From positions 1-25,354 of IMG/VR virus record IMGVR_UViG_3300008735_000095: 25,354 nucleotides of DNA; one strand, given 5' to 3'. The position numbers and the translations under genes are program-made. Numbering within the stretch: position 1 is the first letter of the stretch; each line of letters starts with the position of its first letter. Shown in pieces: positions 8,545-15,564 of the stretch. Under the pieces are notes generated by a model. The model was not told the DNA's origin and did not search any database. It saw only the letters and a list, made by a program, of their open reading frames with translations. The stretch comes from a virus (taxonomy: Duplodnaviria; Caudoviricetes).

Positions 8545-9486
8545 TTATCCGCTGTATCTGCTCAACAATCCGTAGGTAGGCCGGTCATACGGATCGTATG
8601 GAGCATATCTCCCTGTATGTCGTTTCATCAGCGAGGTTGGGGCCACAGAAGATTGGGGCAATAGAGGGGATGGGCCGCCGGGCTGATAGGATTGGGCATA
8701 CTGTTGAGGATCTCTCTGCGAAGGGGGTGCTGAAGATGTCCCTAGTACCCCGCTCATATCTCCCACCTCAAAACTCCCCTTCTTTGCCTCCTGACTGGCT
8801 GCATACTCCTCAGCCTCTGTGGGGGTCATCATCCCCTCAAGAGCGCCCATTGCCATCTTGTTCTTGGTGTAGTCACCCATGGTCATCTCACTCATTGGCT
8901 TATCCCAACCCATGAATTCAGATGTCTTGTCATATGCAGTTGTAGCCACATCCTTGAAGGAGTCTATGAATGAGACCGACTGCTCGACACCACCTGCCGT
9001 AGTAAATGCGTTATTGGAATTAATCATGGCACCCGCCTCTGTTGCTCCACTATTGATGGCCTCCATATAGGCCATATCAGAGGCTTGCCCAGCAATAGAT
9101 GTCTCAGAACCAACAGGCACACTACTCACAACGCTGGAGGCACCCTCTGCCACTGCTGTCGCATTTTTGGCCGTTCCAAGCAACTGCCCCAGTGAACCCT
9201 CAGACCCAAGAAATGAGTTACTGAACTTTCCAGCCCACGCACTCCCCTCACCGACAAAAGGTAGAGATGACCCAGAACCTCCCCAATAACCAAGTCCAGC
9301 ACCACCAAAATAGATGGCACCAGCGATCAACAGAGCCTTGCCAAGATCACCCCCAAACAAGTTGGATACCCCCTTGGCCACCCCCTTAACTATCTTGCCG
9401 ATACCTTTGACCACCTTAGTAAAAGCCTTCCCAACTCCCTTAACGATTTTCTTAGGTATGTTTAAAATATCACTTAAAAAACCCAT
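8545..9486 (-). CDS. Putative DNA-transfer/pilot (ejection) protein
   Basis: 313 aa. Lys/Gly amphipathic N-terminus (KKIVKGVGKAFTKVVKGIGKIVKGVAKGV), then a Gly-rich hydrophobic segment and an Ala/Ser-rich body; AGGAG RBS. Confidence 0.6.
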   Translation of the reverse strand: MGFLSDILNIPKKIVKGVGKAFTKVVKGIGKIVKGVAKGVSNLFGGDLGKALLIAGAIYFGGAGLGYWGGSGSSLPFVGEGSAWAGKFSNSFLGSEGSLGQLLGTAKNATAVAEGASSVVSSVPVGSETSIAGQASDMAYMEAINSGATEAGAMINSNNAFTTAGGVEQSVSFIDSFKDVATTAYDKTSEFMGWDKPMSEMTMGDYTKNKMAMGALEGMMTPTEAEEYAASQEAKKGSFEVGDMSGVLGTSSAPPSQRDPQQYAQSYQPGGPSPLLPQSSVAPTSLMKRHTGRYAPYDPYDRPTYGLLSRYSG

Positions 9487-9504
9487 AATTACACTCCTGT
9501 ATAG

Positions 9505-9933
9505 TTAATAAACAACATGATTTTTACCCTCGGCACGAATCCCTACATATTCCAATGCCCTTGATGTGCGTTCGTCGATCACTGGAAAAGCCACCGAAAC
9601 CACCTTGATTGCCCTGCGCCCACTTCTCCATCGCATCAACTCTTGAAGCAGAGAAATAGAGTTGTTTCCGCTTAACAGAAGAATCGATAACTGCTGCCTC
9701 TCAAACCATGTTCCATCATGTGAGATCGCACCCAACGCCCCATCCACTTTGCCTCTGCTCTCAGAGACCCAGAGAAAATTACTCCTCGATGAGATACCCT
9801 GAATAACCAGCGCATTGATCTTCTCCCTATCTACATATAGTGAGGAAAACTGTTCAGCTTCTGCTATAGCAAGGCGGATGATTGAAGATTTGTCACTCAG
9901 GGTGGCCTGCCGGATTGCCCCGGTTTTGATCAC
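9505..9933 (-). CDS. GNAT-fold acetyltransferase-like virion-assembly protein
   Basis: 142 aa starting IRQATLSDKSSIIRL (typical GNAT beta1-alpha1), with FLWVSESRGKVDGAL. Position among internal virion genes resembles T7 gp13-type genes. Confidence 0.55.
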   Translation of the reverse strand: MIKTGAIRQATLSDKSSIIRLAIAEAEQFSSLYVDREKINALVIQGISSRSNFLWVSESRGKVDGALGAISHDGTWFERQQLSILLLSGNNSISLLQELMRWRSGRRAIKVVSVAFPVIDERTSRALEYVGIRAEGKNHVVY

Positions 9934-11210
9934 TCGGTTGCTCCATACCCTCCAAGACCGAGATCAATACCACCGTCATAACGTACCCAGTCAGAGGATG
10001 GAACCCTCCAGCCAGCCCCCGGTGTAGTAACTCTCTCTCCTGTCTTCGTATTCACGAAGGTCTCCGTCACCCCAGCTGTATCAAACAGGCTATTTGGTGT
10101 TTGCACCAACTCGTAATCATCCTCACCTTCAAAATAAGTGGACGGTCGCTGGGTAGTGACTATGGTTCCGCTTGATGTGTTTCTGTAGGAATAGAGATTG
10201 TCCTCTGGGGTTGGCTGAACAAAGCCGCTATTCTCAAGCGTCTCAATAGCAGTTGGTACATGGGTATTGATCGGCTTGTTGCGAATCCCCTCAATTGTCT
10301 CCATGGTGGTCTCTAGTGCGGTTTTGAGATTGGCGATCATCGTGGTCTTGTCTGCCGCAGTTATATCCGGTGCAGACTGAATATCTGCAATCGAACCAAG
10401 ATATTCGGAATACATTGTGGCAGCAGAGATGCTCTCCTGCTGTAGCGCCATATACTTACGCTCAAGCTCTACCAACTCACCGCGCAAGCCTGTATCCAGT
10501 CGCGCAAGATAGTCTTTATTAGCTGTAGCAAGATTCTCCATCTCTGCCTCATGCACCTCTCGCTGCGTTTGTGCTGTCAGATTCTGCTCAGAGCCTTCTC
10601 TCTGAACCTGTAACTGCCCCTCTGTATGGGCTGCAATAAGCCCTCCACCCGACAACAATGGAGTCTGTGTGGTGGAGGTTGTATTGCCTTCCCCATCCAG
10701 AGCCGTCTTTGTCTCATATAGGGCATTCCCAGAGGCATCTGTTAAAGGGGTTGGGGCATAACTCCCTGTGCCAAGCTGCTGCTCATAATCCTGTTGTGCA
10801 AGCCCGGTCTGGTACTGGTAGGCGTTACTCTCCAGTCCATACTTGTTCTGCCAGTCCTGATTCTGTTTCTGCTGATTGCTGTATTGCGCAGCATCAAACT
10901 GAGAAATCGGCAGTGCCGCAGAGAGTACCGCCTCCTGCCCTGCCTGTACTCCCATGGATGAGTTAAGCAGACCACGCTTGTTGGCCGCCTGTGCCGCCTT
11001 GGTCTTGGCTCTCTCTAACAGAGGATTACCGGCACTCATCAACCCGGTTATCTGCCCTTGTACGGTCTGAGTGTTGGTGTCTATCGTCCCAAACAGAGGT
11101 GTATTTAGTGAGGCTCCTTGGTCTGGCACAAAAGCAGGTAAGGCTGGATTGGCGAGGACGTTGTTATCCTGCTCCTCACCCAACTTGTTTAGATCGTATG
11201 TTAATGCCAC
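9930..11210 (-). CDS. Putative ejection/internal virion protein
   Basis: 426 aa, GTG start after GGAGAA. Contains TVQGQITGLMSAGNPLLERAKTKAAQAANKRGLLNSSMG...ALPISQFDA, a motif I recognise from podoviral internal proteins, plus Gln-rich coiled coils. Confidence 0.6.
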   Translation of the reverse strand: MALTYDLNKLGEEQDNNVLANPALPAFVPDQGASLNTPLFGTIDTNTQTVQGQITGLMSAGNPLLERAKTKAAQAANKRGLLNSSMGVQAGQEAVLSAALPISQFDAAQYSNQQKQNQDWQNKYGLESNAYQYQTGLAQQDYEQQLGTGSYAPTPLTDASGNALYETKTALDGEGNTTSTTQTPLLSGGGLIAAHTEGQLQVQREGSEQNLTAQTQREVHEAEMENLATANKDYLARLDTGLRGELVELERKYMALQQESISAATMYSEYLGSIADIQSAPDITAADKTTMIANLKTALETTMETIEGIRNKPINTHVPTAIETLENSGFVQPTPEDNLYSYRNTSSGTIVTTQRPSTYFEGEDDYELVQTPNSLFDTAGVTETFVNTKTGERVTTPGAGWRVPSSDWVRYDGGIDLGLGGYGATE

Positions 11211-11224
11211 TCTAATTCTCCAAT

Positions 11225-11248
11225 AAAAAAGGGAACCACCAGGCTCCC
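11225..11248 (-). terminator. Rho-independent terminator after the holin-like gene
   Basis: Minus strand GGGAGCC-TGGT-GGTTCCC (one G-U pair) followed by TTTTTT. Confidence 0.7.
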
Positions 11249-11277
11249 CTTCTCTGCGCCAAATTTGTCACCCATGG

Positions 11278-11709
11278 CTACCGACCTTTTGCCAGTTGCG
11301 CCCCGAAATAAAACTCCACAATCATTGTTGCCCAATGGAAGATCTCCTCAAACTTGATGATCCCATGCACCGTTACATACTCCACCTGATCCTGAGTTAT
11401 CTGTAATCCAAAAAACTCAATCCCTTCTCTAACGGTAGGAATAACTGTAGGGATATCAAATATCACCGGGGCAGCCAGTGAGAACACCACCAACCCAAGA
11501 ATCACATAGATGATTGTCCTGCGTGTAAGTGCCGCCATTGGCGACTCGTTATTGCTCTGCTCTCTCGCCTTATCAAGTGCAAGTGTGTTCTCTTGGTTAC
11601 CTAGAATAGCTAACTGCAATGCGTCAGAAGAGGCCTGAGACTTGATCGCAATCAACTTCCCCAGAAACCCAAGAATCACTGGGAATACATTGGTCAGCAG
11701 TGCTATCAC
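11278..11709 (-). CDS. Putative holin-like membrane protein (3TM type)
   Basis: 143 aa with three hydrophobic segments, RRTIIYVILGLVVFSLAAPV and a C-terminal WATMIVEFYFG motif like 3TM holins. Confidence 0.55.
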   Translation of the reverse strand: MIALLTNVFPVILGFLGKLIAIKSQASSDALQLAILGNQENTLALDKAREQSNNESPMAALTRRTIIYVILGLVVFSLAAPVIFDIPTVIPTVREGIEFFGLQITQDQVEYVTVHGIIKFEEIFHWATMIVEFYFGAQLAKGR

Positions 11710-11918
11710 GTCACCACTCTCATGGCTGCAAAGAATCCAAACTCAGATAATGTGAAAAACCCAATGCCACCAATTGCCATCCATTTGATCTGATTCAGCG
11801 TCATCTGGATTTTTGAGAGATGCTCATTCACATCGTTGATTTTTGATGATAGTGAGTTAATCCGACTATCGTGTTGTTGTATTGTTCGTTCCAGATTTTC
11901 AATTCTCTGTTCCATCAA
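11706..11918 (-). CDS. Small coiled-coil plus C-terminal TM protein (XhlA/holin-associated type)
   Basis: 70 aa: MEQRIENLERTIQQHDSRI... coiled coil, then IKWMAIGGIGFFTL hydrophobic segment; 4-bp overlap with the holin-like gene. Confidence 0.55.
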   Translation of the reverse strand: MMEQRIENLERTIQQHDSRINSLSSKINDVNEHLSKIQMTLNQIKWMAIGGIGFFTLSEFGFFAAMRVVT

Positions 11919-11929
11919 TTTTCCTCTTA

Positions 11930-12139
11930 TTAAGGGAATGTTGGGTACTCAACATCCCACGGGTTGCCAAAATTAGTTGGTAGATCTCTAAGCTGTTGCC
12001 TGTATGCCAGCAGCTCAGCGGATGGGGCAACGCCCTGCTCGTAAGCGATGAGAATGAGATGGTCACTCTCTTCCAGAAGAGAGGTTCTAGTGCCTCTCAC
12101 CTCATTCCACTTTTCGTGAATCTCTAGTTCAGAACTCAT
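11930..12139 (-). CDS. Phage tail fibre assembly chaperone (Phage_tail_APC-like)
   Basis: 69 aa with the hallmark W..VR..R..LL.ESD......YRQQLRDLP....YP..P pattern, directly after the fibre genes. Confidence 0.8.
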   Translation of the reverse strand: MSSELEIHEKWNEVRGTRTSLLEESDHLILIAYEQGVAPSAELLAYRQQLRDLPTNFGNPWDVEYPTFP

Positions 12140-12142
12140 TGT

Positions 12143-12859
12143 CTACTCCACAATTAGATATGTCTTCAGCGTACCGATAGTCGAGCCATAACGGGCTACC
12201 GCATAGTTAAGTGCTGTAGCATTCGTAGTTAATGTTATAGATGGAGAGCGTACCCAGTAATACTTGTTCGGATACCCAGTAGAGCTTGTCTCGGCATAGA
12301 TATACCATGAGCCAGAATGTGCAGTAGTGAGTCCTGTACCACTGGATGAAGTCCCCCCTGAATCCCTGTTAAATAATGCGGTGGTATACCCGGTGCCCAT
12401 TGGCGACCAAGGTGGGAGATTGGCATAATCAATATCGGTAGTTGTTGCAGCAGCTACCTCATAGCTGTGGGTGTTAGCATCAAAGTTATGGATAAAATCG
12501 TTATATATCGAGATAGTATCGATCTGGATGTCACCCGTATAACTCGTACCCGACTTATACTGAAAAGCAATCCTGATATTGCTTCCTGCACTCACATATG
12601 AGCTTATGTCATCGGTGAAGTTTGTCCATCCGGCGGTGGAAGATCCTACCAGCGTCCTTAATAAATATGTCCCAGCGCCACCAGCGGGAGGAGTATCAGC
12701 AGCAGCCGAGCCTGATAAGGTCACAATCGAGCCATCAGAGTGTTTTGTATAGAGCAGGCCATCAGCAGTATTGACTGCCAACTCGCCAACGTCCAGTTGA
12801 GCAGCAGTCGGGGCATTGCCCGCAACCGTACTCTTCTTGATTAAAATTTTATTTGCCAT
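12143..12859 (-). CDS. Short tail-fibre/receptor-binding protein: Mtd-N-like anchor plus MAM-like domain
   Basis: N-terminus MANKILIKKS...P...L..GELAVNTADGLLY is a fibre anchor motif. The remainder carries MAM motifs (GDIQIDTISI; GGTSSSGTG...GSWYIYAETSS...RSP; YGSTIGTLKTY). Confidence 0.7.
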   Translation of the reverse strand: MANKILIKKSTVAGNAPTAAQLDVGELAVNTADGLLYTKHSDGSIVTLSGSAAADTPPAGGAGTYLLRTLVGSSTAGWTNFTDDISSYVSAGSNIRIAFQYKSGTSYTGDIQIDTISIYNDFIHNFDANTHSYEVAAATTTDIDYANLPPWSPMGTGYTTALFNRDSGGTSSSGTGLTTAHSGSWYIYAETSSTGYPNKYYWVRSPSITLTTNATALNYAVARYGSTIGTLKTYLIVE

Positions 12860-12874
12860 TGGTATATACCTTTG

Positions 12875-12894
12875 CCCCCTCTATAGAGAGGGGG
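12875..12894. other. GC-rich intergenic hairpin between the two fibre genes
   Basis: CCCCCTCT-ATAG-AGAGGGGG perfect 8-bp stem with no U-tract on the coding strand. Confidence 0.6.
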
Positions 12895-12903
12895 GTTAGT
12901 TAC

Positions 12904-14727
12904 CTAGAATGTGCCGCCGTCAATCGTAGAGGCTGCATCCAGCTTTGCATCAAGCTCAGTGATCAGATTCAAGCCCTCTGTGTGACCCTCAAATGCGGTA
13001 ATAATCTCATTGACAGTGTTGATGATGTCATCTGTGTCAGCCGTGGTCATGGTGTCGTGCCAACTTGCGGCAGCGTTCCATGCAGTTACATCCGAGGAGC
13101 TGAACGTGTTGCTGACAAACCCCATTGAGGCAGTATCTGGAACAGTAATGTTACCGGAGAGCGCACCACCAGATGTCTTCAGATACCCTGTGCTGTGCCA
13201 AGTAGCATAGGTGGCAGGGTCTGCAACCATTGCATTGATGAGGTATTGTCCGATTTGGGATGAAGCCCCCTCATCTACAACCTGCTGCGTTGCGAATTGC
13301 AGGACAGTTATATAGTCGCTAGTACTTAAAACACCATCAGCATTAATATCACCGTTCTGAATGCCTGCAACCATCTCCGTAACTAATGCGTCCAGCTCGG
13401 GAAAGGCACTGCTGGTATTGACAACTTGCGAAGCAATCGAGGTCGCGAGGTCACTCAGCGCCTGCACCTCATAGAATACAAGAGTGTCATGGTCGTGATA
13501 ACGATGCGGGGTACTCCACTTGATCATCTCTGCGTTACGCTCATATATCTCTCTACCCATATTTGCAGAGAGTGGAGCTGTTGTATCAGTTGAGTTCAGG
13601 CTATCAACTACGGTGGGGTTATCTACCCACGCAGCAGTACCAGATGCGCTATACCCAAGAAGCTGTCCTGTTGCACCACCCGTGGGAACGTGTTTATTTC
13701 CTGCGGTTGTTGGGTGGGTATAGGTGAATTCCGGTTCCCAGCTATGTTCACCGGCGACAGCTCCGGCCTTTAATACATGTCCCGCTTCTGTACCGAGTGT
13801 TCCTACTATGGGCAGATGGTAATTACCATCACCTGTAGGGTGTGAGTAGTCGTTCTTTGTTACCCAACTTAACGTACCGTTAGCCGCAGTAGACAATACC
13901 TTGCCGCCATCCGAGTTTGTTGCCGCAGGAACGTGCTTGTTGCCCTCACCCACGGGGTGTGAGTAGTCGTTCTTTGTTACCCAGCTCAGAGTTCCGGCTG
14001 CATCAGTGGATAGCACTTTCCCGTCATCCCCAGCAGCAGCGACCGGAACGTGTTTGTTACCTTCACCTGTTGGGTGAGAGTAAACCGTATCTGTATCCGT
14101 TGAACTCAGTACGCCATCTGCATCAACGGAGAGATTGGTTCCAACCTTGATCCCACCCAGCGCAGTGTCTGATGCTGTTGGCAAGGTATATGAATACTCT
14201 GCCTCCCAGCTATAGGTACCAGCAGTTGCTCCAGCCTTTAAGACTTTGCCATCATTAGTTGTTCCAGTTAAAGGGACATGGCCATCACCGTCAGCACTTG
14301 GGTGGGAGTAATTATTTTTTGTTACCCATGTATATGTACCGCTGCCATCAGTGGAAAGTACCTGCCCACTGGTTCCGCCTGTTGGCACATGCTTGCTGCC
14401 GTCTGCTGTAGGGTGTGAATAATCATTAGATGTCACCCAGCTTAACGCTCCAGCCGCAGTGGTAGACAACACCTTGCCGGCATCTGTCGCTGCCGCTGCT
14501 GGAACGTGTTTGTTACCCTCCCCAGTAGGATGAGAGTAATTGTTTGCGTTGCTTGCAACATTACCAAGTTTCGTGTGGTCAGTAGCGCCGCCAACAGTTG
14601 CGACGTTAGCTCCGCTGATCCCAATAAACAGATTCCCACTCGCCTCGGAGTACGCCAGCTCACCTTCTGCCAGTGCGTTTGGGGTTTGAGTAGTTGTACT
14701 ACGTTTGATCTTTATCGTGTTTGCCAT
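12904..14727 (-). CDS. Long repeat-containing tail fibre protein
   Basis: 607 aa. MANTIKIKRS..P..LAEGELAY anchor, seven ~37-42 aa YxHP...H(V/L)P...G.(V/L)L...W repeats, one YTLPTAS..LGGIKVG module, a VVDSLNST...LSANMG motif and a C-terminal IDGGTF. Confidence 0.85.
   Translation of the reverse strand: MANTIKIKRSTTTQTPNALAEGELAYSEASGNLFIGISGANVATVGGATDHTKLGNVASNANNYSHPTGEGNKHVPAAAATDAGKVLSTTAAGALSWVTSNDYSHPTADGSKHVPTGGTSGQVLSTDGSGTYTWVTKNNYSHPSADGDGHVPLTGTTNDGKVLKAGATAGTYSWEAEYSYTLPTASDTALGGIKVGTNLSVDADGVLSSTDTDTVYSHPTGEGNKHVPVAAAGDDGKVLSTDAAGTLSWVTKNDYSHPVGEGNKHVPAATNSDGGKVLSTAANGTLSWVTKNDYSHPTGDGNYHLPIVGTLGTEAGHVLKAGAVAGEHSWEPEFTYTHPTTAGNKHVPTGGATGQLLGYSASGTAAWVDNPTVVDSLNSTDTTAPLSANMGREIYERNAEMIKWSTPHRYHDHDTLVFYEVQALSDLATSIASQVVNTSSAFPELDALVTEMVAGIQNGDINADGVLSTSDYITVLQFATQQVVDEGASSQIGQYLINAMVADPATYATWHSTGYLKTSGGALSGNITVPDTASMGFVSNTFSSSDVTAWNAAASWHDTMTTADTDDIINTVNEIITAFEGHTEGLNLITELDAKLDAASTIDGGTF
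13621..14544 (-). repeat. Intragenic tandem repeats (about 110-125 nt units) in the tail fibre gene
   Basis: Seven YxHP..HxP units. Two share an identical 29-nt stretch, GGGTGTGAGTAGTCGTTCTTTGTTACCCA, at 13838-13866 and 13955-13983 (117 nt apart). Confidence 0.9.
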
Positions 14728-14748
14728 TACTTGTGTCCTTTTACTAAA

Positions 14749-15564
14749 TTAAAAATAGCCGCCATTCATAACGACATCGGTGAACCTGTCCTGACTCCAA
14801 TCGTGGATAAAAGCCTCATCCGTGTCCTCATGGAATATCACTGTCTGCCAGCCGTATATGTTGTCCCTGTACACCTTCAATTCATATGTTGATGGCTGAA
14901 ACCAGAGCTTCCCGATTATGGCTGTAGGCTCTGTCTCGGAGACACGCACCAGCGCACTTCCATCAACCACCGCCTGCATATTGTTGGAGACAGCCTGAAC
15001 ATGAGCCATGTTGTCGGAGACTGTTGTTACATTGGGGTGCGTAGCCCAATACTGAGTTTGATTCTTGTACGTGTATGTCTGGCTACGGGCCGCAAAGCAG
15101 TCAGATCGTGCCTGTTCAGCGGCACTACGGTGGATCTGTATCTGTGAGACATCAATCGACTTGACCAATTTCCCTGACGCAATGTCTGCACCCATATCAC
15201 CAGAGGTGTGATCTGCCATCACTGTATAGAGATCATCAAGAGACTCTGGGCGAATATCTCGTACCACATCATTCTTGAGGTAATCGACCCCTGTTACCCA
15301 GTCATCCCGCCACTGGAAGGCAGACTGAATAAGTACCAGATTTCCATCCGCATCAAACCCAATCTCTTTACCGGCGCGATTAGGGCCAGTCTCTGTAATC
15401 TGTTGATTGCCAGATCCGGCAGGCAACTTGATTGCAACATCAGTAACCGCCTCAACCTTGTCAAAAGCGGTTGTTACTGCATCAATGCGGTCATTTACAT
15501 CACCCGCGCGGGCAATACTGCCGACAACAAGTGCAGACAAGGGGATATGAAAACCATTGCTCAT
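14749..15564 (-). CDS. Proximal tail-fibre/adaptor protein
   Basis: 271 aa. N-terminal virion-anchor-like region, a WRDDWVTGVDYLKNDVV...YTVMADHTS (CBM5/12-like) motif, a coiled coil, an EPTAIIGKLWFQPSTYELKVY...W fibre motif and a C-terminal MNGGYF. Confidence 0.65.
   Translation of the reverse strand: MSNGFHIPLSALVVGSIARAGDVNDRIDAVTTAFDKVEAVTDVAIKLPAGSGNQQITETGPNRAGKEIGFDADGNLVLIQSAFQWRDDWVTGVDYLKNDVVRDIRPESLDDLYTVMADHTSGDMGADIASGKLVKSIDVSQIQIHRSAAEQARSDCFAARSQTYTYKNQTQYWATHPNVTTVSDNMAHVQAVSNNMQAVVDGSALVRVSETEPTAIIGKLWFQPSTYELKVYRDNIYGWQTVIFHEDTDEAFIHDWSQDRFTDVVMNGGYF

Noticed and set aside
13838-13983. Identical 29-nt direct repeats that could suggest a CRISPR array
   Set aside because: Only two exact copies, 117 nt apart (in frame), inside the coding repeats of the fibre gene; no cas genes or leader.
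12143-14727. Diversity-generating retroelement target, suggested by the Mtd-N-like N-termini
   Set aside because: No reverse transcriptase, no TR/VR pair with adenine-specific mismatches and no C-type-lectin-like variable C-terminus seen in the window.
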